From the human T2T-CHM13v2.0 reference genome, Homo sapiens, in assembly GCF_009914755.1 (NCBI RefSeq), contig NC_060930.1: a stretch of 64,000 nucleotides of DNA, one strand, 5' to 3'. Under the pieces are notes generated by a model. It saw only the letters and a list, made by a program, of their open reading frames with translations. It had not been told where the DNA came from and searched no databases. The position numbers and the translations under genes were made by a program. Positions 45,010 to 59,018 of this stretch are shown piece by piece. How positions within the stretch are numbered: position 1 is the stretch's first letter; every line of letters starts with the position of its first letter.

Positions 45010-47150
45010 TCCCCCTGACAATTAGTGGTTTGATCATTTTCCATATTCATCTTAGCTGTGTGGATTTATTCTTGTGAAGTGATTATTCATCTTCTTTACT
45101 CACTTTTCTGTTAGAGTGCATTTCCCTTTTCATCAATTCCTGAGATCTTTTTGTGTATTACAGATATTGTAAGACACTATTCTCTGCCTTAGAAGTATTT
45201 TTCCAGATCTGCTGTTTTGTCCGTTTTTAAAAGTGTACAATTTGTATGGGTCAAATATGTGTTTTTAATTTTCTACCTTCTGAGTTTCTAGTCTTTGTTA
45301 ATAACATCTTCCTCTCCCAATATTAGACAGATTTTCCTAGATTTTTCTGCAGAAATTATTGCTTATTTTATTTATTTACTTCTTTTGGCATTCAGTCTAT
45401 AAGCCATCTGGAATTTATTTTTTATATGAAGTAAGTAGGCGCCCAATTTTATTTTACAGATAGTAGCAGTGCTTATTTTAAATAATCCATTCTTTTCCCA
45501 CTAAATTTAAATCTCACTTAAATTATTAGCTATGCTCTATTTATTTGCCTTTATTTTTGCATTCTTCTTTCTGTCTCACTCTTATTTATTTATTCCTAGA
45601 TGAATACCCTATTGATGCGATTACAATGCTTTAGAGTTTTCCCATATTTGGTAAGGCAATTATTTTTCTAAAGTATCTTGACCACAGATAGTTATTCTCC
45701 TCTATAAATTTTAAGATCCTTTAATCTAATTTAAATATTTGATGGAATTCTAACTGGAATTGCATTATGTCCAAATGCTAATTTAGGGATAGCAATATTT
45801 TTATTGTAGTAAGGCTTCCCACCCAGGAATATGTAACATTTTTCTACTAGTTTGGAAACTCTTTCATGTCCTTTAATAAGATTTTATTGTTTTCTTCTTT
45901 GAAATCCAGTGTATTTTTGTTACTCCTCTATGTTTTAGGGTTTCTGTCTGTATGATAAGTGGGATATTTTAGCCATTTCTTTTTGGTGCTTTTTGATTAA
46001 ATTGGAGGTGGGGGAATATTGATTTTGAATATTTAGGTTATATCTAAAAACCTAACATGATTTTTATTAATTCAATTATTAGTCTCAGATGTTTATAGCT
46101 ACATGGTAGTATAATCAGTAAGCTCTAGTTTTCAATGTTTATAATGTAATTTCATTTTCTTATCTTACTAAAAATTTCTAAGAACCTTGAGGCAGTGTTG
46201 GATCTTTTTGATAAAATGGAGCATTTCTGTTTATTGACCAATTTTAACTGAAATGATTTTATGAATATGCTATTTAGGATTAAATTGTGATTGATTTTTG
46301 ATAGTCTTCACTATATTTATACAGCATCTGATAGTCCTATAAGACTTTGAGATTTAAATAAAAATAACTGCTATTTTGTAAACTGATTTTCACTTTAACA
46401 AGAGACACTCTAAACACCACATGAAAATAGCTATACTTACATGCCTTTTTTTTTTCTCTCTCTCGAGACAGGGTCTTGCTATGTTTCCCAGAGTGGTCTT
46501 GAGCTCTTGGGCTCAAGCAGTCCTCCCAACTCAGCCTCCTAAGTTGCTGGGAGTATGTCCAGCGAATTTTTATGGCTACAGAGGGTTTTATTTGCTGGCT
46601 GTACATAATTAATTACTACAAACCATATGGTTAAAGTTTTAGATGGTTTTCAGAGTTCACCAGTATGAAAACCATCACAATAAATATAATTGTAAAATGC
46701 CAGCATTTTCAACAGCTTCTATGGCATGGATATGTCCCTGTTTATTCAATCTTTTTCCTATTGATGGGACTTCAACTTTTTGCACTCTTTCGCAACTACA
46801 GCTAATGCTTCAACATATTTTCACATATATGCTGGGGGACCTACGTTTATATTCTATAGAGTAATTTCATAAATAAAGAATTGTGTGCTGGTTCAATTAT
46901 TTTAATTCTATTTGCTTATCTTGCCAGATTGCTTTTCAAAAGAAACGTAACAATTTATACTTTCACCTGCTATGTATGATAATGATTTCTTCCTGATCCT
47001 CATCAGCACTGAATACGAGTGGCAATTTTATTACTTGACATATATAAATGAAATATATATGAAATAAAATATTTATTTATTCTTTTTTTTCATATATATG
47101 TCTGTCGTGGTCTGTCCTTTAGTAGAATAATTCAGCCCGTTTACATTTAA
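45010..47150 (-). mobile_element. Very old L1M(E) fragments
   Basis: AT-rich antisense L1-like text (catctggaatttattttt, ggaattgcattatg). Confidence 0.55.
46446..46563 (-). mobile_element. FLAM / Alu monomer
   Basis: gagacagggtcttgctatgtttccca...gggctcaagcagtcctccca. Confidence 0.8.
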
Positions 47151-47930
47151 TGGAACTACCAATAAGCTGAATATTATTCCTTCCATTGATTTATGACTTT
47201 TATTTATTTCACTTTTTTAGTCTCTCCTTTCTTCCTTTTCTTTCTTTCTTTCCCCTGGATCACTCAAGTTATTATCTCTTTCCCATTTCTTCGTATTTTC
47301 AGAAGTTCTTTTCTGCTTTACCATTTGCTAGAGGCTACCTTCACTGTCCCTATAGTCACAATCCAAGCCTTATTTCCTACTATTACCATAAAACTAATGT
47401 GGCCAGAAAACATCGATGCCGAAACTTGTTCACACATATGCAGCAGAGAGGGGCTGAGGAGCAGAAAAGGAAAAGGGAGTAAAAATGAATTATTTCTATG
47501 CCTTCCAAACATCTTTGTCAGCTGCTTAGGATCTAATGCTTCTTGGATGAAATTCCTTTGTTGATCTGGTTTTGTCCCTATAAAGGTAAGGACTAGAGTC
47601 ACCCCAAGGTAGGATCCCACGCAGGGGTGCAACGTTTCAGTGCAAAGTGCACATCGGAGGACATGAAGATGCAAGCTGGGTAATAATACGGAAGGATGGA
47701 GATTACTCACATGGACCTTTGCTCACTTCTCCTAGCTCGGTGACCCCAACCAAGCCAGGCTAAGTGTGAGAAAGAAAGCTCTGGGGCAAATTTGGACAAT
47801 AGAAAAAAAGTCCAGAAGAAAACATAGATTGCCGTCATTCCACTGTCCAGAGAAAGCTACTGCTGACCTTTAGAAGTATTTTCTTTCACTGTTATTTTTG
47901 TGTGTTTGCTTCTGTGTTAACAGGCATTTA

Positions 47931-48410
<480 letters not shown>

Positions 48411-48925
48411 CCTCCTCCTCTTCTTCCTCCTCCATGGTCATGCTGATGTAGCCTTTCTCAGGCTGCTTACCTCATACTTAGAGAGTTGTTGTGAAGATAA
48501 CAAGAGATAAGAACTATAAATGTCATCCTTGTAAACCGCAAGCCTCCTGGATTTATTTCTAGGATATTGAAGACCAAATGTTTCCTCTTTCAAAAAATAT
48601 TTGGCAATCGCCACCATGTTCACACAAGTTAGCTGGATTCTGGGGGGAATACAAAACTATTTAAGATGATATCCCTTCCCTTGAATTATAACAATTGGCT
48701 TCTTACATTATTCCCTAGGAGGACTCTAGATATCAAGTCATACTCTAAAATTAAGTAATAAGCATTGTGTTATTGGCACAGAAATAAGAAAATAAATCAG
48801 TGGAACATATTACAGACTCTAGAAGGAAACCCTTGTGTATATGGGAATTTAGCTCATGAAAACCAAGACATTTCAAATTGGTGGCAGAAGAAACTTCAAT
48901 CAATAATGTTGAGAAAATTTGCCTT

Positions 48926-49027
48926 GGGTGACGAAATGGTCTGTACACCAAAACCCTGTGAAACGAGTTTGCCTGTATTTACAAACCTGCATGTGTACTC
49001 CTGAACCTAAAATAAAAGTTAAAAAAA
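48926..49027 (+). mobile_element. Extreme 3' end of an older L1PA
   Basis: gggtgacgaaatggtctgtacaccaaaaccc...aacctgcatgtgtactcctgaacctaaaataaaagttaaaaaaa. Confidence 0.8.
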
Positions 49028-49093
49028 TTTTTTAAAAATTGAGAGAAAATTGGCTATACATTTAGCAAAAGAAATAAAGACCCCTTAAAACAC

Positions 49094-49453
49094 TGATATG
49101 GTTTGGCTGTGTCCCCACCCAAATCTCATCTTGAATTCCCACAAGTGTGGGAGGGACCCAGTTGGAGGTAATTGAATCATGGGGTCAGGTATTTCCCATG
49201 CTGTTCTTGTGACAGTGAGTAAGTCTCATGAGATCCAATGGTTTTAAAAACTGGAATTTCCCTGCACAAGCTCTCTCTCTTTGCCTCCTGCCATCCATGT
49301 AAGACGTGACTTGCTCCTCCTTGCCTTCTGCCATGATTGTGAGGCCTTGCCAGCCACATGGAACTGTAAGTCCTTTAAATTCTTTTTCCTTTTTCTTTAA
49401 ATTACCCATTCTCGGGTATGTCTTTATCAGCAGTGTGAAAATGAATTAATACA
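49094..49453 (+). mobile_element. THE1 (A/B-like) solo LTR
   Basis: tgatatggtttggctgtgtccccacccaaatctcatcttgaattccc...tgtgaaaatgaattaataca. Confidence 0.93.
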
Positions 49454-49547
49454 CACATCATGCACAAAAAGTAAACTTCATATGGGTTAAAGAGTTAAGA
49501 ACCAAAAATCCCAAAATAAAACCTCATGTTAGAAGAAAATATAGATG

Positions 49548-50055
49548 AATCAGTTTACTGCCTCATAGCAAACTTCCCCTAAAACAGTGCCTTACAATTA
49601 TAATTATTGTTGCTCACAAGTCTACAGGTCCTCTGGGCAGTTCTGTTGTTCTGGGCCAGATGGGGCTGACCACAGGTGGGCTTGCTCACAAGGCTGTGGT
49701 CTGCAGGTGGATGTGGTCAGCAGGCTATCTAGGATGGCCTAACCCACTGTGTCTTCTGGTTGGCTGGATACTGGCATGAGAATGACTGGGCCACATGCCT
49801 TTTATTTTCCAATAAGTCAGTCTGCACTGGCCAATGGAAGGTGGTCAAATTGGCAGTGCCTTATGAAAATCTAGGCTGGCTTATTGGAAAGAAGCAAATG
49901 GTGCACACTATCTCTTCTACCACAGGCCACTCACTGGCCAATGGAGGCCACATACAGGGAGATGGGTGGCATCTTTTGATGGACAAAGCAGCAAAGTTGT
50001 ATTACTGGGCATGGATACAGAGAATGAAAAACTATAGCCATTTTTGCAATTTCCC
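49548..50055 (-). mobile_element. Old MLT1 (G/H-like) LTR
   Basis: ctaaaacagtgccttacaa...ttgctcacaagtctacagg...ctgggcagttctg...gccatttttgcaat. Confidence 0.6.
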
Positions 50056-51026
50056 ATGGTGAGTAGGTTTTTTTTAAATTATTTAATGCTAACAGAATTG
50101 ATTTCATAAACATTTTAAATTTAGGCACAGTCAAAAATTCTATAAACAAAATCAAAAGAAAAAGATCAAATTGAAAAAAATATATGAGATTTTTTTCTAC
50201 CATATATGAGCAGCATATATGGTAGACAAAATATTTCTATTAAACAATCAAAAGATGACATTCTAATTTAAAAATAGACAAAAGTCAAAAATGGTCAGTT
50301 CCCTAAAAGAAGTATACCACCGTTCAATAAACATATGAAAAGATGCTCAATCTCAATAGTAATCTAGAAAAACACATTTAAAGAAAAGCAAAATAAAGAT
50401 CATTATTGAAATGATTGGCAAAGATAAAGGTAGCATTCATAGTGTTGTAGGCATGCAAAGAAACGCTTTCATGTACTACTGAGGGAGGTATAAATTTGTA
50501 TATCTTTTGTGGAGGCCCGTCAGCAATATATATCAAAATATATTTAGCATGTGGGTACCTTGTGTCTCAGCAATTTCTCTTCCAGGGATGTTTCTTAAAT
50601 GATCAATTGTTTATAACAATTGAAAACAACCTAAAGTCTAGCCATAGGGAATTGGGCACTCAACTTATGGCAAATCCACATATGTGATAATGTGCAACTA
50701 TTAAAAAGAAAGAGACAGGTCTATTTGAACTGTTGGAGGAAAGACTGCATGACATACTGTTCAGTGAAAAAAGTGATATTGTGTATCATATAATCCTATT
50801 TTGGTGAAGGCCACTTTGTTTCAACCTCTAGGACTTTACCCATGTTATTCCTTCTGAGGGGAAATACAACCACTCATCTTCTAAAATACACTAGAGTCCA
50901 TCCTCAACAGCCCCCAGTTGACACATCTTTCCCTCCCAGGAGAACTGACAATTTCTTCCCTGGCACTCCTTGGACCTGTACACAATTCTACAAGTCCATT
51001 TCTGTGTTTATCCTTTCTGATGCCTA

Positions 51027-51027
<1 letters not shown>

Positions 51028-51081
<54 letters not shown>
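51028..51081. repeat. Compound (CT)n(CA)n microsatellite
   Basis: ctctctct...cacacaca. Confidence 0.95.
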
Positions 51082-51087
<6 letters not shown>

Positions 51088-51146
51088 GTTGGTTTAAAGA
51101 AAGAGGAAGAAAAATAAATAGAAGTCTTGTTAATGGAGAAGACTGG

Positions 51147-51778
51147 GACATTCCCCATTCATCTTTGCCTCGTTTAATGTTAATCAGCTCAAAATATACT
51201 AACACTATTAACACTAATAGTGTTATGAGTACTATTAATTAGTATTATAATACTATTAATACAAATAGTGTTATTAATACTATTAACAGTGTTATTAATA
51301 CTATTAATTAATACTAATCATGTTATTAATGCTATTACTAATACTATTAATTATAATAATATAATTATATAATATTTATAATGTTATATAATTATACATA
51401 ATTATATATTTATAATGTTATATAATTATATATAATTATATAATCAATCTTATATAATAATATATAATTATATGTTAATATTATATAATTAATATATAAT
51501 TATATAATTAATATATAATATAATTAATATTATATATTAAATATTGTAGTATTAAATATTATTTAATTAACTATTAAATATCATTTAATATTATGATATT
51601 AAATATTATTAACACTAACATTCATACTATTAATAATGATACTATTAATGATAATATTAATAGTGTTGCTAATAACGTTAAACTAATAGTGTTAATTAAT
51701 ACTGTTATTAATATTAATAGTGTTAGTATATTTTGAGCTGATTAACATTAAAAGAGATGAGGCTGAATGGTGAATGTC
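51147..51778. repeat. AT-rich quasi-palindrome with inverted arms
   Basis: 51173-51211 is the exact reverse complement of 51714-51752; about 500-bp AT-rich spacer. Confidence 0.92.
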
Positions 51779-52109
51779 TTCAGTTGTCTACCTGTTTGAT
51801 GAGGGAGCAATGCCCTGGCTCAGGGCTGCAAGGACAGGGGACCATGTCAGCACATTAGTCTGCCAAATGTGCCCCTTCAGTGTTTCCAGTGCAGAACAAA
51901 AATGGGTTTATCCAGTATATGAACTTTACTTGTTAAAAAATGTATGTGTTAATCTACTGAAGCTGTATATAAACTCCCATAGTTCATAAAAAGTGGAAGG
52001 CACTTTGAGTTTGAGGGAAAAGAAGTCTGTCTGCTTGAACTGTGCTCAGAACAGTGGCATGGCAGCAAAGTTAAAAATCCACAGGGATGGAGAGAATAAA
52101 GCAAGGCAC

Positions 52110-52499
52110 TGCATCAGGCCATTCATTGCTATAAAGAAAAACACGAGGTTGGGTAATTTATAAAGAAAACAGTTCTGCAGGCTGTATAGGAAGCATAGCG
52201 GCATCTACTTCTGAGGAGGCCTCAGGAAGCTTCCAATCTTGGCAGCATGTAAAGGGGAAGCAGGCACGTCACATGATGCAAGCAGGAGCAACAGCGAGAC
52301 GGGGGTGCCACACACTTTTAAACGAGATCCCCAGAGAATTCACTCACTAGGGCAAGGACAGCATGAAGAGAACAGTGCCAAATCATTCATGAGGTATCTG
52401 CCCCATGATCCAATCACCTCCCACCAGGCCCCACCTCCAACAATGGGGATTACATGTCAATCTGAGGTTTGGGCAGGGACACACAACCAAACTATATCA
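52110..52499 (-). mobile_element. MSTB-like MaLR solo LTR
   Basis: gctataaagaaaacacgaggttgggtaatttataaagaaa...caaactatatca; perfect TSD ggcac. Confidence 0.9.
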
Positions 52500-52570
52500 G
52501 GCACATTCCCCAAGAAAACCTACTTCAAAAGAAGAGACCATTGTTGCAAGATGAAATCATTTTGTGTGAC

Positions 52571-52700
52571 GAAAGAAAGAAAAAGAGAAAGAAAGAGAGA
52601 TAGAGAGAAAGAGAGAAAGAGAGGAGGGAGGAAGGAAAGAAGGAAGGAAGGAAGGAAGGAAGGAAGGAAGGAAGGAAGGAAGGAAGGGAAGGAAAAAGGA
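52571..52700. repeat. Polypurine (GAAA/GA/GGAA)n repeat
   Basis: 11 consecutive GGAA at 52642-52685. Confidence 0.95.
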
Positions 52701-53458
52701 CACCACTTACCCTTTTAAGAAAAAAAAAACCTACATATACTCATTATATGTTAAAGTACAGACTTCTTGGTGCATTGCAATGTACAATACTGGATTTGGG
52801 GTCTTCAAGTATATTTATATTTTGTTAAAGTGTGACCATCTAGGAGTAATCTTTCCATGTTGCCCCACCTTGAAACACACTGTGTGTAATGATTACATTT
52901 TAAATCATGCCTTCTCTGTGTTCTCCTAGTGCAAACCCCAAAAAATGGAGTTTAGTGATTTTTTTTTTAATGTGATCATGTAGGAACCTCTGTCAATTAC
53001 CAGATTCCAGACAATTTTTTTAAAACTACTTCATATATAATAGCTATCAAATATAGAACTGGCTGGGGTTACAATGGGAATAATGACAATACATATAAAC
53101 CCTAAGTATTTGATATAAAAATTATAGAAGGCTAAAAACTAAAACATGCCAACAGTCTTTAAATTTTCTGAAAGCATGAGATTTTATCTTAACATAGAAA
53201 TGAACTCTTCTCAGACAAAAGCACCTATACTTTCCCCAAATCTTACACATCAATTAAAATTTATCGGATTACTCATCAAACAGGTTTATTTTACAGTTAA
53301 ATATTCTAGGTTAACTGTTGACTTACTGCTTTTAGTGATTCTTGAAGCATGGAGTTGGGCTATTTTTTCTTTGCAAAATGCATATTTTTTGAGTATTTCT
53401 TCTGAGTGTTCTCCTAGGAGTAGAGTTCCTCTGGGATGGCCAGAGGCTGGCGTTGTTT

Positions 53459-53561
53459 TTGTTGTTGTTGTTGTTGTTTGAGACAGAGTCTCACTCTGTC
53501 GCCCAGGCCGGAGTGCAGTGGCACGATCTCAGCTCACTGCAAGCTCCACCTCCCGTGTCCA
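53459..53561 (-). mobile_element. Severely 5'-truncated AluY-like insertion
   Basis: Last about 80 nt of Alu (tgcaagctcc) plus (CAA)n tail; 18-bp TSD cagaggctggYgttgttt. Confidence 0.9.
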
Positions 53562-54619
53562 CAGAGGCTGGTGTTGTTTAAAGAAATAAAACTAACACTG
53601 GGGCTGTCCCATCTTGCTGGCCCATGATAAAAGAAGGGTGCTCCTCAGCAAAGGAAGCAATCAACAAAGTGAAGAGACAGCCACAGAAGGAGAGGAAGAC
53701 TGCAAACCACCCACCTGAAAAAGGATTATTAACCAGAATACGTAAGAGCTCAAACAGCTTTATAGGAAAAAATATAATAATTCAATTTAAAAATAGGCCA
53801 AAGAAAAGAATAGACATTTCTCAAAAAAAGACATACAAATGGCAAACAGGTATATGAAAAGGTGCTCAACGTCACTGATCATCAGAGAAATGCAAATCAA
53901 AACTACAATGAGATATCATCTCACACCGGTTAAAATGGCTTTTATCCAAAAGTCAGGCAATAACAAATGCTGTTGATGATGTGAAGAAAAGGGAACCCTC
54001 ATACACTGTTGGTGAAAATGTAAATTAGTACAACCATTATTCAGAACAGTTTGGAATTTCCTCAAAAAACTAAAATTAGAGCTACCATACGATCCAGCAA
54101 TCCCACTGCTACATATATACCCCAAAGAAAGAAAATCGGAATATCAAAGAGATGTCTGCACTCCCATGTTTATTGCAGCACTATTTACAATAGCTAAGAT
54201 TTGGAAGCAGCCTAAGTGTCCATCAACAGACTAATGGATAAAGAAAATGTGGTACATATATACAACAGAGTACTATTCAGCCATAAAATGAATGAGATCC
54301 TGTCATTTGCAAGAACATGGTTGGAACTGGAGGACATTGTGTTATGTGAAATAAGCCAGGGACAGAAAGTCAAACTTGGCATGTTCTCACTTATTTGTGG
54401 GAGCTAAAAATTAAAATAATTGAACTGATGGAGATAGAGAGTGAAAAGATGGTTACCAAAGGCTGGAAAGGGTAGTGAGGGAGGGGAGGGGAAATGGAAT
54501 GGTTAATAGGTACAAAAATACAGTTAGAAAGAATGAATAAGACCCAGTATTTGCTAGTACAACTGAGTGACCATAGTCAAAAATAATTTAATCGTAGATT
54601 TAAAAATAACTAAAAGATA

Positions 54620-55308
<689 letters not shown>

Positions 55309-55444
55309 TTAAGGTGATGGATACCCCATTTGTACTGATGTAATTATTACACATTACATGCCTGTGCTGAAATATCCCATGTAACCCATAAATATATACA
55401 CCTATTATGTAGCTACAAAAATAAAAAATTAAAAAAATTTTTTA

Positions 55445-56732
55445 CCTCTCCCTCCCCTCCCCCTCCCCCTCCCCCTCTCCCTCTCCGTCTTTGCACGGTC
55501 TCCCTCTGATGCCGAGCCGAGGCTGGACTGTACTGCCGCCATCTCGACTCACTGCAACCTCCCTGCCTGATTCTCCTGCCTCAGCCTGCCGAGTGCCTGG
55601 GATTGCAGGCGCACGCCGCCACGCCTGACTGGTTTTCGTATTTTTTGGTGGAGACGGGGTTTCGCCGTGTTGGCCCAGCTGGTCTCCAGCTCCTGACCGC
55701 GAGTGATCTGCCAGCCTCGGCCTCCTGAGGTGCCGGGATTGCAGACGGAGTCTCGCTCACTCAGTGCTCAATGTTGCCCAGGCTGGAGTGCAGTGGCGTG
55801 ATCTTGGCTTGCTACAACCTCCACCTCCCAGCCACCTGCCTTGGCCTCCCAAAGTGCCGAGATTGCAGCCTCTGCCCGGCCGCCATCCCGTCTGGGAGGT
55901 GGGGAGCGTCTCTGCCCGGCCGCGACCCCGTCTGGGAACTGAGGAGTGTCTCTGCCCCGCGGCCACCCCATCTGGGAAGTGAGGAGCGTCTCTGACCGGC
56001 CGCCCCGTCTGAGAAGTGAGGAGCCCCTCCGCCCGGCAGCCGCCCCGTCTGGGAAGTGAGGAGTGTCTCCGCCCGGCCAGCCGCCCCGTCCGGGAGGTGG
56101 GGGGCAGCCCCCACCCGGCCAGCCGCCCCGTCTGGGAGGTGGGGGGCGCCTCTGCCCGGCCGCCCCGTCTGGGAAGTGAGGAGCCCCTCTGCCCGGCTGC
56201 CACGCCGTCTGGGAGGTGTACCCAACAGCTCATTGAGAACGGGCCATGATGACGATGGCGGTTTTGTCGAATAGAAAAGGGGGAAATGTGGGGAAAAGAA
56301 AGAGATCAGATTGTTACTGTGTCTGTGTAGAAAGAAGTAGACATAGGAGACTCCATTTTGTTCTGTACTAAGAAAAATTCTTCTGCCTTGGGGTGCTGTT
56401 AATCTATAACCTTACTCCCAACCCCGTGCTCTCTGAAACATCTTCTGTGTCCACTAAGGGTTAAATGGATTAAGGGCGGTGCAAGATGTGCTTTGTTAAA
56501 CAGATGCTTGAAGGCAGCATGCTCCTTAAGAGTCATCACCACTCCCTAATCTCAAGTACCCAGGGACACAAACACTGCGGAAGGCGGCAGGGCCCTCTGC
56601 CTAGGAAAACCAGAGTCCTTACAGGTTTATCTGCTGACCTTCCCTCCACTATTGTCCTATGACCCTGCCAAATCCCCCTCTCCGAGAAACACCCAAGAAT
56701 GATCAATAAATACTAAAAAAATTAAAAAAAAA
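55445..56732 (+). mobile_element. SVA retrotransposon (old, SVA_A/B-like), all domains present
   Basis: CCCTCT-type hexamers 55445-55485; antisense Alu-like about 55490-55870; GC-rich VNTR about 55870-56215; SINE-R ending gatcaataaa plus poly-A; TSD aaaaaaatttttt(t)a. Confidence 0.97.
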
Positions 56733-56742
56733 ATTTTTTTAA

Positions 56743-57141
<399 letters not shown>

Positions 57142-57223
57142 TAGCACCATTGTGCACATGTCTTCTTAGAGCCTATGTCCGCACAAAGTGATGCAGCATT
57201 GGCCAATCCAGTGAACTCAGGTG

Positions 57224-58039
57224 TGTAAACCGAAAGTAAAATCTTAAACCCCTTAACCTACTGAAGAGATGCCCCTCTTTGCCAAGGGGACCCCAGAAAA
57301 ACCTGAAAAACTGAACTCCCAGCCATGACAGGAAGGCAGATCAGACATGTGCTGTTGTACCCCTCCCTTTGGAGAGTAGGCATAACTGACCAGCATTACC
57401 ATTAACATAGAGGTCATGAGGCTGACAAAACAGACTTTTTAGAAATAAGATGCCACATTCCAACCTGAGTCTGGTGTAACCTTACATGACAGATAGCAGA
57501 CCCTGAAGCAAATTAAAATATTTTACCCCAAAATATATTCCTGTGACATATTTGAAATGGCCCTGCAACGCCATCTTTTGTGGGGGGAAATTTGCATCTG
57601 TTATAGAATCTCCATTAATGCAGCCATATTTCCCCTTTCTAGTCCTTTCCCAGATCTAGGAGATTAAATGAGAGTGTGACACCGTTAAGGTCCAAAAAGA
57701 GACACTTACCATCTATTTTCTCTGCAGGTGGCTGCCTGTGAGTTTCATCTACATAACAAGAGCCTTGGGCTCCACAACTCCCCTTATCTTAGCTCAAGAA
57801 AAGATATCCTGCCTCTTTAGGCTGAACAAAAATACACCTTCCTCATACTGACTTATGATTTTACCTGTAATTCCTGACTTCCTAAGATGTATAAAGCCAA
57901 ATTGTAACCCAGTCTCCTCAGGCACACTTTCTCAGGACCTCTTGAGATGGTTCCGTGGGCCATGGTCACTCCTATTGGCTCAGAATAAACCTCTTTAAAT
58001 ATTTTACAAAGCTTTTGGGGTTTTTTATTCCCCTCAGCA
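57224..58039 (+). mobile_element. MER4-group ERV1 solo LTR
   Basis: tgtaaaccgaaagtaaaatc...gccaaggggacccc...ggctcagaataaacctctttaaatatttta...ca; perfect 4-bp TSD ggtg. Confidence 0.9.
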
Positions 58040-58959
58040 GGTGCATGAGAAGTTTCGAAGGGTCAAGATGCAATCTTTCCATAAATGTCTCCTAGATGGG
58101 TGCTTCCAAAGCCCCCATAGCCATGAACTTCCCATGAGAGGTATGACACGTTTCCTGAAGGGTACACCACCATGATGTAGATTTTCTCCCTTTGTCTGCA
58201 TTAAAATTGTCGGCATCCTACCTATACCACAGGCAGAACTATCCTATGCTGTACCTCCCTACCACATTTGCATCCATTGTTTGTCCCTTGGCAGATTGGG
58301 CACATTCAAAAACAGCCATTGCTTACCCATTGCCCCAAGAACCCTCCAACCGAAGGAACGAGGACACTTGGAGGTGCATATGGTTTCTTGTGTTTCTAGC
58401 CAACACACTAGAAAAGGCCAAAATGTTAATATCATGACTTCACTTTGGAAATATTTACTGGATAAATGCATTCCAGTAGAAACCTAAGCAGAGGTGACTC
58501 TTGGATTCTTGTGTAACATCTCCTACGGCAAAAGTTTCCCTTTGCCCCGAGCTAGAGCCCCTCTTGGGAAAGGATCTCTTGGCGTATTGGTCTGTAGGCA
58601 AATTTCCTCAAAGACGGCAGCACCTTCTGGAGTTTTCAGGTTTAGAGCCAGTGACTACTTACCAGTTCGTTGACTCAAACATGTCTTTGGTCTCAATCCA
58701 CGCAAACCACTTGGGCTCCAAAGTCAGCTCAAATCATCTCACAGATAGAAGAAGTAAATTCCTACCAACTCCAGTACCAAGACATTTCTCAAGGCCATGT
58801 GACTTTACAAGCAGAGGGAGCTGGGACTAGCTGAGATATATCTGGAAATTTATTTTAAAATCTGAGCTCAGGACTTTCCAAGGAGGAACTTAAAAAGAAA
58901 AGAAAAGAAAAGAAAAAAACTCCACCTATTCAAGAGTCAATGAACAACTTTCATTTCAT

Positions 58960-59018
58960 TTATTTCTTTTTGGACAGGGTCTTGCTCTTTCACCCAGGCT
59001 GCAGTGCAGTGGTGTGAA
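58960..59018 (-). mobile_element. Alu 3' fragment
   Basis: gacagggtcttgctctttcacccaggctgcagtgcagtggtg. Confidence 0.75.

Noticed and set aside
52239-52718. 159-aa ORF with RKEG repeats
   Set aside because: MST LTR plus GGAA microsatellite translation
55757-56274. Several overlapping 70-158 aa ORFs with repeated motifs
   Set aside because: Translations of the GC-rich SVA VNTR and Alu-like domain, not genes
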